IMG/VR virus record: IMGVR_UViG_3300005537_000027
Coordinates: 1-61,990 of that record
Length of the DNA stretch: 61,990 bases
Source of the DNA: a virus
Taxonomy: Duplodnaviria; Caudoviricetes
Strand: one strand, 5' to 3'
Shown: positions 37,386 through 47,263 of the stretch, one piece after another
Layout of the letters: every line of letters begins with the position of its first letter
Numbering within the stretch: the stretch's first letter is position 1
The notes under the pieces: model-generated
What the model saw: only the letters and a program-made list of their open reading frames with translations
Told to the model about the DNA's origin: nothing
Databases searched by the model: none
Program-made: the position numbers and the translations under genes

Positions 37386-37589
37386 TCACTTCTTCCCAAG
37401 CACACGGTTGGCCTTGGAGTCGATCTTGCACTCCTCGGTCTTGCTCATGCGGCCTTTGTGCTCCGCTTCGCTAGCGCGGGCCTTGGCATTCTTGGCGTGG
37501 GCCTTGTCCTCCACCGGGTAAGAGCGCCCCGGTCCTGCGAACTGCGAGTCCATGAGCTTGTTGCGGCCTTTGGCCGTGAGTTTCGCCAT
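37386..37589 (-). CDS. small basic protein
   Basis: MAKLTAK.R..L..S.FA.P.RSYPV.DK.HA.NAKARA; RBS GGAGG. Confidence 0.75.
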   Translation of the reverse strand: MAKLTAKGRNKLMDSQFAGPGRSYPVEDKAHAKNAKARASEAEHKGRMSKTEECKIDSKANRVLGKK

Positions 37590-37687
37590 CTTCGCCTCCC
37601 GAGCAAGTTCACCAATAAATCTGTTGCGCTGCCGATGCCCCAGCATCGCTTGGCGATCAGCTTCTTCCAGCGGAACGTAGCGGAGAG

Positions 37688-38326
37688 TCACTCCTCCACC
37701 TCCAGGTCGATCACTTGTGGCCCCTGGGGTTGACGCTCGATCGTAACTCCCGTCGGCTGGGGCGCATCCACGAACTGCACCGTCACGCTCACGCCCCCTG
37801 CCGGACCACCGCCCTGGCCCTGGCCACCGGAGCCCTTCGGCCCCATGCCCGTGCGATCCAGCGCCAGTTCCGCGATCTCCTTCACCTCTCGGTTGGAGAG
37901 TTTCTCCGGGGCCTCCTCCAGGCGCTGCTGGAGTTCCTCCACCGCGGTCAGGCCCAGGGTGGAGAGGCGCTGGTGGACGTCGTGGTAGATCGCCTCCTTT
38001 TGGGTCTTGTAGTACTCGATGAGTTCCTGGAAAGCGGGGTCGCCCTTGAGGATGCTGATGCGGCTCTGCGAGTAGCCCGTGAGCGCGCTCACCTCCACCT
38101 GCTTGATGCCATCCGCCAGCAGCTTCGCGATGAGGTGATGGGCGCTTCGCAGCGTGGTGATCGAGGGCGTGGTGCTCCCCACCGGAGGGCGCTCCACCAG
38201 CACCTTGAGGTCTCCCTCCCCCAGTTCCCGAGTCACCACCATGCTCAGCGGCGTGCCACGCTTCCCGCCTCTGGCTCCGCCGATGTCCAGCACCTGGACC
38301 GTTCCGCCGCTCTCCTGGTCGTCCAC
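37688..38326 (-). CDS. putative terminase small subunit (HTH)
   Basis: HH.IAKLLA.G....EVS.LTGYS.SRISIL..DPAFQEL HTH; first gene of the packaging block; GTG with GGAG. Confidence 0.6.
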   Translation of the reverse strand: MDDQESGGTVQVLDIGGARGGKRGTPLSMVVTRELGEGDLKVLVERPPVGSTTPSITTLRSAHHLIAKLLADGIKQVEVSALTGYSQSRISILKGDPAFQELIEYYKTQKEAIYHDVHQRLSTLGLTAVEELQQRLEEAPEKLSNREVKEIAELALDRTGMGPKGSGGQGQGGGPAGGVSVTVQFVDAPQPTGVTIERQPQGPQVIDLEVEE

Positions 38327-39007
38327 CGCCTTTACTCCGCTGCGCCCCAGCACCCAAGTGCACCTGAGGCCTGCCCCCATCCTAGGCGCGCGTGGGGAGA
38401 GGCTCAAGCACCTGCGCGGGAGCACTGGTGGGTTTGTGGGTCGAGTCGCCCCGGCTGGGGGTCGAGGTCCTATAGATGGGTCTTTGTGGGTCGGTATAAA
38501 ACTGGTCAGGCACAAAGGTCGATGTGGCTAGGCATCTCGGCACGAAGTCCCTTCGGGCAGGCCCCCCGTCAGTTCCCATCCCAGCCCAGGCTGCTCGGGC
38601 CAGGGTCCTGGGGGATGCGCCCAGCGCTCGCCCAGCGGTTGCTTGCAGCTGCAACCACCAGCTCCAGGTGAGTGGGGCTCAGGAGCGGTTGCTAACAACT
38701 GGTGGCACCAGCTTTGCACCCTGCATCTTTGGCACCAGCGGTAGGCTCCAGCTGCACACACCAGCTATGCGTAAGCCCTTCGAGTTGACGCTTGCCATGA
38801 ACAACTGGTGCACAAAGCGGGAACGTTTGCGAACTCCCTTGCGGCCCTTAGTATGGTGCCAGCCCCACCCGGTAGGCCACTCCACGGGCCGGAAAACGCC
38901 CTTTCCGGGCATGTTGGCACCAGCGGTAAACCCCACCTAAACCACACCCTAGGCCACATGGATAGCGGTTAGCAGCAGGAAACCCAATGACTCCAACCAC
39001 TTAGCAT

Positions 39008-39250
39008 TTGTGCCCACCTTATGCCCGGTTTGTGACAAGTGGCTCCCCAGCGTGTTATGTGGGGCTCGGACGGTAGGCTCGGACGTGGCCATATTTAGTT
39101 GCAAAATCATATTTTTTTTTTACTATTTCAAACCTATCGATACCCACCTCCCATTATCATTTGCACCAGCAAATGTCCGTGACGTCCGAGCCGTTCACAC
39201 ATACACGCTAGGTGCCCGACCGTCACAACGGGGGCATAAGGTGCCCACAA
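39008..39250. repeat. long imperfect inverted repeat around an AT-rich spacer
   Basis: 39008-39086 is complementary to 39182-39250 in blocks (TTGTG, CACCTTATGCCC, TTGTGAC, AGCGTGT, GGCTCGGACG); a poly-T run lies in the spacer. Confidence 0.8.
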
Positions 39251-39268
39251 CGGCCCACAAGGGCCTGA

Positions 39269-39302
39269 CCAACTGGGACCACAGGCACGCCAACTGGGAC
39301 CA
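39269..39302 (+). repeat. 13-bp direct repeat CCAACTGGGACCA x2
   Basis: Copies start at 39269 and 39290 (21-bp spacing). Confidence 0.75.
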
Positions 39303-39502
39303 AACTATTTTCGCCGAGCCCCAACTTTTTTGCATTGTGGGCCTTGAACCTATGGAAACCCACCCCACATGGTATTGTGTAGAACATTGGTGGGTCCGGG
39401 GCGTATCGCGCCCAGTGTGTTCCGTGCCCCCACCGCACACGCTCTTTGACATTGTTGGTCCGACGAGTCGCACAAGGCGCGCCTTCCCGAAGGGAGCGTG
39501 CC

Positions 39503-39787
39503 ATGAGTCTCAACCGAGACATGACTGAGCTTTATCGCCAATTGGGGCTTGACCCTAAGCGGCACCTACCGGATGCGGGCTTACCACCCCGCTTCATTGC
39601 CGGAACGTTGGTTTGGGTTGCGCCGGTGACTACCAAGCGCAACCGTTTCACCCACAGGGTGATATGCCAATGCCCCGTATGCGGCACCACACTTTCCGCC
39701 GGGCGGTTGTTCCAGCACCGCGACACCGAGCGGTGTGCCGATAACCTGTTCTATGCCGGCAATCGCACTCCAAAGGTGCGGTCATGA
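39503..39787 (+). CDS. zinc-finger-like early protein
   Basis: CPVC...SAGRL.QH....C; RBS GGGAG. Confidence 0.65.
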   Translation: MSLNRDMTELYRQLGLDPKRHLPDAGLPPRFIAGTLVWVAPVTTKRNRFTHRVICQCPVCGTTLSAGRLFQHRDTERCADNLFYAGNRTPKVRS

Positions 39788-40026
39788 TCGGCCCCGTTGC
39801 GGGGTATGTCATGGATTGCATCGAGCAGGGCATCAACCCCGACCAGTACTTTCAAGCGTATTTCATGGCCAAAAGCCGGGGGTTGCCCTGGCGCGAATGC
39901 CAGGACATCGCAAACATGGCAGATCTGGCCATGCGTTGCGACCAGAGCCATATGGTTCCCAGTTTCCGCATCACCAAGCCCCTTTCCGCTAACGCATGGC
40001 TTGCCTCGTATTGGGCAGGCCACTAG
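39784..40026 (+). CDS. hypothetical protein
   Basis: ATGA coupling. Confidence 0.55.
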   Translation: MIGPVAGYVMDCIEQGINPDQYFQAYFMAKSRGLPWRECQDIANMADLAMRCDQSHMVPSFRITKPLSANAWLASYWAGH

Positions 40027-40159
40027 CCCACCTCACCCCGCGCGCCTTATGTGACTCGTCGGCCAGCCCAGGCCATTCGCTTTGCGAGTGTCCGTTATTT
40101 CTCATCGTCAAACCCCGTCACCATGCCGCACAAGGAGCGCAAGCTCGGAGTGCACCGCA

Positions 40160-40435
40160 ATGCCGAACTATTTCTCTTTCACCCGGAAGGGTGAAACCAA
40201 GCCCACCACATTCGACAAGATTGACGAAGAGCTTTGCGCCCTTATGGGGCAGCCAGTTCATCCGACCAAGTTTCTATATGGCTGGTATGACTTTTTCGGA
40301 GAGGCTGTGGCCGTTGGTATGAAGCTGGATGATCCCCGCTTCGACAAGTGGCTCGAAGGCAACCCGGAAAGGTTGAAAATCCGAGACTATCTTCGCGACA
40401 ACTTCACAACCAACGCTTGGTATCAACCCCACTAA
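40160..40435 (+). CDS. hypothetical protein
   Basis: RBS GGAG; MPNYFSFTRK...IDEELC. Confidence 0.65.
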   Translation: MPNYFSFTRKGETKPTTFDKIDEELCALMGQPVHPTKFLYGWYDFFGEAVAVGMKLDDPRFDKWLEGNPERLKIRDYLRDNFTTNAWYQPH

Positions 40436-40488
40436 CCCGCCAACCTGCGCTCCTTCTGTGGCATGGTGATACTTCCCAGGAGAGCACC

Positions 40489-41229
40489 ATGGACACGAAC
40501 AATACTCTTGCTTCGCAGGCTCCCGCCGCAACGGCCAAAACCCCGTTCCGGTTCGAGCCCGAGCGCTTCCGGCACTCCACCATTTACAAGGAGGATCTGC
40601 CGGTTGCCGCCATCGACTACCTGCTGGGCTATGGCTACTCCAAGTCCATGCAGGACAAAATCGCCGGTCAGGTGAAGCTGCGGAAGAGCATCGACTCGGA
40701 CAAGGCCCTCACGGAGCGCGCGGTCAAATACATCAAGGATAACATGCAGAAGGGCATGACCAAGGCCCAAATCGACGCGGTCCGCGCCAAGGCCGCCGGG
40801 CTCTATGGCTTCGAATACGCCACGGAGTACGAGATCGACAAGGGCACGGGCAAGCCGAACATGGCGAAGCCCACCCGGTTCGACGAGGCTCGCATCACGG
40901 CCGAGTGCAACGATATGTTGGACTCGCGTCACGCGGACATCCTCGCGGGCACGGTCAACACCCGCGCGGCAGCGGCCGCTCCCAAAGTCGATCCCATCAC
41001 CAAGCATATGATGGAGTCGGCACTGGCCACGGTCACGGCGGCGATTACGGCCAAGGGCATGACCCTGCCGGCCGAGGATCTGGAGGGCTATGCCCAGGTC
41101 TACTTCGAAAGCCACTACGCGCAGTTGCGCGCGGCGGCCGAGTTGGCGTTGACGCCGGCAAAGGTCGAGTCCCGCAAGGTCTTTTCCCTCGCGGACATCG
41201 GCCTGGAGGAGGAAGAAGACGCGGCCTAA
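40489..41229 (+). CDS. hypothetical protein with FSLADIGL and acidic tail
   Basis: RBS AGGAG, strong GC3 codon bias, followed by a terminator. Confidence 0.8.
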   Translation: MDTNNTLASQAPAATAKTPFRFEPERFRHSTIYKEDLPVAAIDYLLGYGYSKSMQDKIAGQVKLRKSIDSDKALTERAVKYIKDNMQKGMTKAQIDAVRAKAAGLYGFEYATEYEIDKGTGKPNMAKPTRFDEARITAECNDMLDSRHADILAGTVNTRAAAAAPKVDPITKHMMESALATVTAAITAKGMTLPAEDLEGYAQVYFESHYAQLRAAAELALTPAKVESRKVFSLADIGLEEEEDAA

Positions 41230-41240
41230 CGGCCGAGCGG

Positions 41241-41267
41241 AGGGGGTGGCGCAAGTCACCCCCTTTC
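41241..41267 (+). terminator. terminator-like hairpin
   Basis: AGGGGGTGGC-GCAA-GTCACCCCCT-TTC. Confidence 0.6.
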
Positions 41268-41320
41268 CTACTCCAGCGCCATCGCCAGCCATGGGCACAC
41301 GCCCATGAAAGGAGCTTCCC

Positions 41321-41617
41321 ATGACTCGCCTTCAAATCGCCAAAGGGCTGCTGCTTGTGTTGGCCGCAGCCCAATTCGCGGACGTGCTATCCACCAAAGC
41401 TGCGCTCATGCACGTTGGCACGAGCGAAGCCAACCCCCTGATACGTCAGTTGATGCAATGGCTCGGCCAGTATTGGTGGCTGCCGAAAATCGGCCTTGCA
41501 GCGTTTTTCGCCGCATATGCCCTGCGCATTGCCCGCGTCACCCGCACCAGACTGGTGATGCTTGGCACACTGACCAAGGTCTATGCCCTGGTCATTCTTT
41601 CCAACCTGACGCTCTGA
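41321..41617 (+). CDS. membrane protein (DUF5658-like)
   Basis: AD..ST...L..G..EANP...LM motif; three hydrophobic segments; RBS AGGAG. Confidence 0.75.
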   Translation: MTRLQIAKGLLLVLAAAQFADVLSTKAALMHVGTSEANPLIRQLMQWLGQYWWLPKIGLAAFFAAYALRIARVTRTRLVMLGTLTKVYALVILSNLTL

Positions 41618-41999
41618 CGCGGCGTTCGCCATGATCGTCTACAGTGTGGCGATGTTTGTAATGTTCGCCCTTGTCGTCAGGCTATCCATTCGGATAGTTA
41701 ACACGATCCACCAACTGGCAGAAGCTCGTCGCCAGCGCCGCAACCCTTACAAACCCTGGAAATGATGCGAAGCCCCAGCACCCAATTGTGCTGGGGTTTT
41801 GTGCTCTGGGGTGCCGGGGCAGGAGTTACCTTGGACACTCACCCCGAAGGGCGCAGGGACACGCGAAGCGTGCTCGTCACACCTATCACAACCATAAGCA
41901 CACCAACGCAACCCACCGTTTGCTTTGCCGTCCGCCACATGCCACAATCCACCCATCCCGAGCGTATCCCGCTCCCACTTCCACCCCGCGAGCTTCATC

Positions 42000-42203
42000 A
42001 TGCCATTTGCCTGGGTACTCATCATCATCGCCGCCACAGGTGCGCCAGAGCGGCCAGATCTTCCACACCCTGCAGCCTCGGTTCAATTCGCTACTCGCGA
42101 GACTTGTGAGATGGCTGGGGATTGGGTCACGCGCCAGGGACTCCGCTCCCAGTGTTTCTCCACCGGCGTAGCGATCTTTTCCAGGCTGAGCGAAAGCCGC
42201 TGA
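42000..42203 (+). CDS. hypothetical protein
   Basis: WVLIII...F.TRE.CE.A...C pattern of small phage proteins. Confidence 0.45.
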   Translation: MPFAWVLIIIAATGAPERPDLPHPAASVQFATRETCEMAGDWVTRQGLRSQCFSTGVAIFSRLSESR

Positions 42204-42247
42204 GCCCCCGGTCCGGGGGAGCGTTTACCACCAACTCGGAGTTCCAA

Positions 42248-42721
42248 ATGCCAATCAGCAAAGAGCGGATGCAGTCCCTTATCTCCGCTGCGCAGGAATA
42301 CGTGGAGAGTTCCCGCGCGCTTCGTCGCGAGGTGATTTTCATCGTCAATCGAGTGAGGCTCGGAGCCATGACCCAGGAAGACGCCCTGGCTGCGCTTCTC
42401 GAGTCCGCCCACGTCAACACCCCTAGCGAAGAGGCAGTTGCCACAATCGCAAACGAGGATCAATGGCAGCGCCGAACCGCCTCCACAAACGAGATGAAGC
42501 GGAGGTGGATGGCCCAGCAACGAGCCATCGCCAAAGGCGAACCCCTCCCCGACGATCTCCTCCCCTACAAATCTCGCTCCATAAGCGCCACCAGACTGGC
42601 GATGGAGGAAGAGGCTCGACAGGCCATGGCACAAGCCGGCCGTCAGCCCAGTGCAGAGGAGATCCTCGCCCAGGCGATGGCCGAGGCTACCATCGCCCCC
42701 AAGCTCACGGGTGAGCGATGA
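42248..42721 (+). CDS. hypothetical protein
   Basis: RBS GGAG; ATGA coupling to the next gene. Confidence 0.65.
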   Translation: MPISKERMQSLISAAQEYVESSRALRREVIFIVNRVRLGAMTQEDALAALLESAHVNTPSEEAVATIANEDQWQRRTASTNEMKRRWMAQQRAIAKGEPLPDDLLPYKSRSISATRLAMEEEARQAMAQAGRQPSAEEILAQAMAEATIAPKLTGER

Positions 42722-43311
42722 GCCAAGTCGAGGCCCCAGGTGGGTCCAAGCCCCAGTCTCGCAAAGTGGGGCTCTTCGACCCAGACCACATGCCTCCGCT
42801 CGCACGGGGTGAACCTCTCAACGGCCGCACTGTCATCTACTCCTCCATCATCGCCAAGCGGGGGTTCTTGCTCCGCGAGGAGAAGGAGGGGCTACTGGAA
42901 GGGACAATGGTACTCGTGGACGCAAGCTTCGATTTCACCATCAACGCCACTATCACCGAGCGTACTGAGGCCCGTGCGCTGATCAAACGATCGCTCAACG
43001 CATTTCGGCGAGGCAAGGCCAGAGCGGCCCAACTCCAACTCCAGGTCCAAATCACAGTCCAAGTCGAGCCCACCCCCGGCCCGGCATTGCTCCAACTACC
43101 AGCTGCACCCGAGCCCGCCAAAGCTCCTCCCCCAGCACCCTCGCGAGTCGGTCCGCAACCCTCTCGTGCCGCCTACACCGCTGCGCTTCGTGCGGCCCGC
43201 TCACCGGAACAAATCGCAGCGGATCGGGAACGGGATGCAGAGCGAAAGCGGGCGGCGAGGGCGAAGGCGGCGCAGGCTCGGGAGGGCGAGGCTGGAGGGG
43301 ATGGCGCGTAG
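42718..43311 (+). CDS. hypothetical protein
   Basis: Coupled ORF; Pro/Ala-rich basic C-terminus. Confidence 0.55.
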   Translation: MSQVEAPGGSKPQSRKVGLFDPDHMPPLARGEPLNGRTVIYSSIIAKRGFLLREEKEGLLEGTMVLVDASFDFTINATITERTEARALIKRSLNAFRRGKARAAQLQLQVQITVQVEPTPGPALLQLPAAPEPAKAPPPAPSRVGPQPSRAAYTAALRAARSPEQIAADRERDAERKRAARAKAAQAREGEAGGDGA

Positions 43312-43528
43312 GGCCGGATTGCGGACCGCCACGGCCCCGGGTGGATTTTAGGGTGTCACCCACGCGGGAAAGGGGGATGGCACATGGGCGCGCGGCAATC
43401 CGCCAATTCCGGGCAATCCACCACCCGGATACCCCTTGCCGACCCGCCCACCGTGGCCACACCCTATCCGCGCGTCGGCATCAAAAGGAACGCGCCCGCG
43501 TGGCACAAATTTTCTTGAAAGTCAACCC

Positions 43529-43557
43529 TTGTTTTCACACGCCAAAGGTGGGACAAT
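43529..43557 (+). promoter_or_regulatory. possible sigma70 promoter
   Basis: TTGTTT-17 nt-GACAAT with extended -10 TG, AT-rich upstream, intergenic. Confidence 0.45.
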
Positions 43558-43716
43558 AAGCCCATACAACCTCGCCCAGCATCGGCCCCAGGCTCGCCCG
43601 GTGGCCCAGTACCGAAAGAGGCAACGAGATGATGAGATTTTGGCAGGAATGGGGACCCCGCATACTCGCGTATCTGGGCACGGTTGTCGTGCTGGTGCTA
43701 ACGTCGGGAGCTTGAA

Positions 43717-44196
43717 ATGCCCACCCCAACTTCCCTTTCGCTAACGCTGGAGTTCAACCTCGGACCGCGCCATTTCCGCGTCTGGTCCGATCCGCTCCAG
43801 CCCCACCAGTTGACCATCCAGGAGACCACGGCCCGGAACCTCTCCACGTTCCAAATGGGGTTCCCCCGCGCGTGGCCCGCGTATGAGATGGAGCACCTCA
43901 TCAAGCAGGCGGTGGTTGTGATAACCAACCGGGACCACTCGCAGGCCCTTCTCGCCAACGCGAACGACCGGCCCGTGCACCTCATCGCACCCAGGCGTCC
44001 AAGCGCCGCCAACCGATGCCCGACGTGCAAAGGCTGGGCCAAAGCCTACCGACTGGAGCACGGCCACTCGTGCCCGACGTGCCTTGGCACCGGGGCCAAA
44101 CCTGCGGTCGAAGCCAAACCCACCCCCGTGCCGGCCGGCAAGCGTAAGCTCGCCAAGACCCAACGGGAGTTCAAGCTAAGCGATATCGGACTTTAG
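43717..44196 (+). CDS. zinc-finger (DnaJ-like CxxCxGxG) protein ending in FKLSDIGL
   Basis: CPTCKG...CPTCLGTG; RBS GGGAG. Confidence 0.7.
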   Translation: MPTPTSLSLTLEFNLGPRHFRVWSDPLQPHQLTIQETTARNLSTFQMGFPRAWPAYEMEHLIKQAVVVITNRDHSQALLANANDRPVHLIAPRRPSAANRCPTCKGWAKAYRLEHGHSCPTCLGTGAKPAVEAKPTPVPAGKRKLAKTQREFKLSDIGL

Positions 44197-44200
44197 TACC

Positions 44201-44377
44201 ATGGGCTTTATCGCAGACGAGATCACCATCCCATCAGCCAAGCCAGAACCCGATACCCAGGACACCTGTTCTGTGTGCGAGGGTGGCGGATGGATTGCAT
44301 TTGGACTCGGGCACGGCGACCCTCACTTCCGGGTGTGCGATCAGTGTTTCAACCCGGAGGGGCACCCCTGCCCGTAA
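44201..44377 (+). CDS. small Cys-rich protein
   Basis: Translated by hand: ...CSVCEGGGWI...RVCDQCFNPEGHPCP*. Confidence 0.55.
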   Translation: MGFIADEITIPSAKPEPDTQDTCSVCEGGGWIAFGLGHGDPHFRVCDQCFNPEGHPCP

Positions 44378-44433
44378 GAACCTTCCCCAACCTGTGCCTA
44401 GCGCCCAGGCCATCCCACAAGGAGCATTCCACC

Positions 44434-44619
44434 ATGTTTCGCATCGATGAAACTGCCCTCCCCCACGACGGCCAGTACGGCGTCTGGGTCCACGACACCA
44501 AGGGCAAGAAAGTGCTCGCGGTGCTCGCCGACACCCCCGAAAAGGCCAAGGAGCGCGCTCGATCCATCGTCGGTCTCCTCAGGGAGACCCTCGCCCCCAA
44601 TCCGCACCTGGAGTTCTAG
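44434..44619 (+). CDS. hypothetical protein
   Basis: RBS AAGGAG. Confidence 0.6.
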   Translation: MFRIDETALPHDGQYGVWVHDTKGKKVLAVLADTPEKAKERARSIVGLLRETLAPNPHLEF

Positions 44620-44692
44620 CCCAGGCGCCCAGGTCGATCGAGGTGTCACTATCGCGGTGACACCTCACCCTCAAGTGGAGCTTCCCCCCATT

Positions 44693-44905
44693 ATGCCCAG
44701 ACTGAAAATCCACCCCTCCATCAACCTCGACCGCATCACCGAGGCCTGCGAGAGCAGCATGACCTCCCTCGACAACCCGGGGTTTTGTGTAGCCTGTGGC
44801 GAAGACGCCGAGGGCGTTGAACCCGACGCCGAGCGCTATGAGTGCGAGGTCTGCGGGGCCAAGGCAGTTTACGGCGCCGAGCAACTGCTGCTGATGCTGG
44901 CATAG
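44693..44905 (+). CDS. zinc-ribbon protein
   Basis: GFCVACG...VEPDA..YECEVCG...VYGAE.LL. Confidence 0.75.
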   Translation: MPRLKIHPSINLDRITEACESSMTSLDNPGFCVACGEDAEGVEPDAERYECEVCGAKAVYGAEQLLLMLA

Positions 44906-44909
44906 CGCC

Positions 44910-45227
44910 ATGGCCACCAACACTGGTATATGCAGGCACGGGTGGCCCTATGGCTCGGGCTGCTCCGAATGCCTATCCGAAGCTGCGGCTCGGCTCCAAC
45001 CCATGCCCATCTTCATCAAGGAGCCCTCCCCCGTGGCCACTCTTCTCCTCCCCACTTGGTCCGAGTGCGCAGCGGCTGTCCGTGCGGGCAACGCTACCGC
45101 CCTCCAGTTCTTCATCTACTCCGAGGAGCCCACTTCCCCCGAGGACATTGAGTTTCGCAACTCCCTCCTCGGCCTCCTTCACGAACTCACCACCTCCAAT
45201 TGGATCGATCCCAGCCAACCTTCTTAG
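44910..45227 (+). CDS. hypothetical protein
   Basis: CRHG...CSEC N-terminus; follows the previous stop closely. Confidence 0.5.
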   Translation: MATNTGICRHGWPYGSGCSECLSEAAARLQPMPIFIKEPSPVATLLLPTWSECAAAVRAGNATALQFFIYSEEPTSPEDIEFRNSLLGLLHELTTSNWIDPSQPS

Positions 45228-45238
45228 TGGAGCACATC

Positions 45239-45433
45239 ATGGCCCAGGCCCTGACCGACCCTGTTCGCTGCACGTTCAGCAACCCGGAAACCGGCAACGC
45301 CGTTGCTATCGAGATCCATGTCTTTGACGACGAGATGCTTTCCCTTCTCACTGCCCTCCACCTCCCGCTCGACCATCCCGTGCTTGCCCTGGCCATCGCG
45401 GAAAGCCGAGGCGGGGTGGTCGGTCGGGCCTGA
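45239..45433 (+). CDS. hypothetical protein
   Basis: RBS GGAG. Confidence 0.45.
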   Translation: MAQALTDPVRCTFSNPETGNAVAIEIHVFDDEMLSLLTALHLPLDHPVLALAIAESRGGVVGRA

Positions 45434-45529
45434 GCCCCCAGAGGCCGAGGTTCTAGCCTAGGGCCACCAGCCCCCATTCGCTGGTGGTCCGTGGGTGGAA
45501 CTTCCCCCACCACAACAAGGAAACTCCAA

Positions 45530-47167
45530 ATGGCAACTAACGGCAAAGCTTCCCCTCAGGCCACCACCCAGGCGCTTTCGGCCCAAGACGCCCTGATGTC
45601 GCTCATCACCTCCGCCCTCCAGGGCAAGGGGACGGACTGGGCGCACCAAGACACCGAGATCCTTCGCGAGGGGACCAAGATCGTTCTCCCCTCCACTCCC
45701 GGTCCGATGCCCATCCCGGCGGCGATCGCAGCCCTTCAGCGCAAGCAGAAGGACGAAGAAACCGAGATGGCCGTGCACGAAGTCATCGACACTTACCCGA
45801 TGGACGGTGCAGTGGCGTTCGTCAAGGCGCTTCGCGAGATCTACGGCTGGGCCAGCCCGACGCCGATCATGAGCTGGTTCGGTCCGCAGCCTCCGGAACT
45901 CCTGACGGTCCAGACCGGCCCGGATACCAAGGTCCAGGTCCCCTGGGGCGAGTTCACTGTCCCCGGCATCGAGAACACCATCGGGGTCTCCACCCAGCAT
46001 ACCGACACCGGCCCTCACTTCGTCATCTACGGCAGGGTCAAGAAGCGCGAGCAGTTCGTGTTGCTGGAACTCGCCCAGCGCACCCGCGAGATCCTCGCCC
46101 GCGAGAGCATCTACAAGGGCCAGGCCATTCGCCTGCGCACGGACTCGGACGGGGACATCGACCACAACAAGCCGCCGGAGTTCCTCCCCACCTCCTACAT
46201 CCGGCCGTCGGAGCTGATCCTCAACGCGGATGAACTCGACCAAGTCGACACCGCGCTCTGGACCCCCATCCGACACACCGCCGAGTGCGTCAAGCACGGC
46301 ATCCCGCTCAAGCGCGGGGTCCTGCTGGAAGGCACCTACGGCACGGGTAAGACCATGACCGCCAACGTTACCTCCAAGGTCTGCGTCCAGCACGGGTGGA
46401 CATTCATTCTCCTCGACGATGTCCGGGCACTCGAAGATGCCCTGCTCTTCGCCAAGCGCTACTCCCCCGCAGTCGTCTTCGCCGAAGACATCGACCGGCT
46501 GCTGGAAGACCGGGACCAGGAGGCCAACGACCTCCTCAACACCATCGACGGCGTGCTGACCAAGAACTCCCAGGTCATCACCGTGCTCACCACGAACTTT
46601 GTCGAGAAGATCGACAAGGCGATGCTGCGGCCGGGTCGCCTGGACGCGGTGATCTCCATCCGCACCCCCGACGCCCACAGCGTCGCACGGCTGATCCACC
46701 TCTACGCTCGGGGCCTGATGGCCGAAGGCGAGGATCTCGCGGACGTCGGCACGGTACTGGCGGGCAACATCCCCGCTACCATCCGCGAGGTGGTCGAACG
46801 TAGCAAACTGGCCATGATCGCCGGTGGCAGGACCCAGATCACTGCCAACGACCTCATGATCAGCGCGAAGGGGATGAAAGACCACCTCACCCTGCTGGCC
46901 GAAGGCCCCAAGGTGCAGTCGCCGGCCGAACGCCTGGGCTCGGTGCTTATCAACGCGCTCGGCTCGCCCGACGCCCTTGCCGCCGATCTGCTCCGGCAGG
47001 AGGCCCAGGCCCTCAAGCTCCAGGTCTACGAACTCCGCAAGAACGTGGTTCAGACCGGCGCCCAGTCCGACCATGTGGCACGGACGTCCACCGCTGTCCT
47101 CGCCGAGGGCCACAAGCAGATCAACAAGAAACTCGACACGGTTGTCGAAGCAGTCGTCGGCAACTAA
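45530..47167 (+). CDS. AAA+ ATPase (classical clade, FtsH/Cdc48-type module)
   Basis: RGVLLEGTYGTGKT, VVFAEDID, LTTN, IDKAMLRPGRLD (second region of homology). Confidence 0.92.
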   Translation: MATNGKASPQATTQALSAQDALMSLITSALQGKGTDWAHQDTEILREGTKIVLPSTPGPMPIPAAIAALQRKQKDEETEMAVHEVIDTYPMDGAVAFVKALREIYGWASPTPIMSWFGPQPPELLTVQTGPDTKVQVPWGEFTVPGIENTIGVSTQHTDTGPHFVIYGRVKKREQFVLLELAQRTREILARESIYKGQAIRLRTDSDGDIDHNKPPEFLPTSYIRPSELILNADELDQVDTALWTPIRHTAECVKHGIPLKRGVLLEGTYGTGKTMTANVTSKVCVQHGWTFILLDDVRALEDALLFAKRYSPAVVFAEDIDRLLEDRDQEANDLLNTIDGVLTKNSQVITVLTTNFVEKIDKAMLRPGRLDAVISIRTPDAHSVARLIHLYARGLMAEGEDLADVGTVLAGNIPATIREVVERSKLAMIAGGRTQITANDLMISAKGMKDHLTLLAEGPKVQSPAERLGSVLINALGSPDALAADLLRQEAQALKLQVYELRKNVVQTGAQSDHVARTSTAVLAEGHKQINKKLDTVVEAVVGN

Positions 47168-47263
47168 CACCGCACTTGTGCGCTCGCGCGCAGAGCACCC
47201 CTTCTTGGGGTGCTCAACGGACGAGCCCACGCCCACGTCCGACCCTAAACGTAGGAGGCTAAG

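Noticed and set aside
39008-39250. N15-like telRL hairpin telomere site
   Set aside because: The arms are imperfect and separated by ~95 bp rather than forming a perfect palindrome, and no protelomerase was recognised.
47165-47260. Possible ribozyme in the hairpin-rich gap after the AAA+ gene
   Set aside because: Hairpins GAGCACCCC/GGGGTGCTC and CGGACG/CGTCCG are present, but I could not fit a twister, pistol or hammerhead core.
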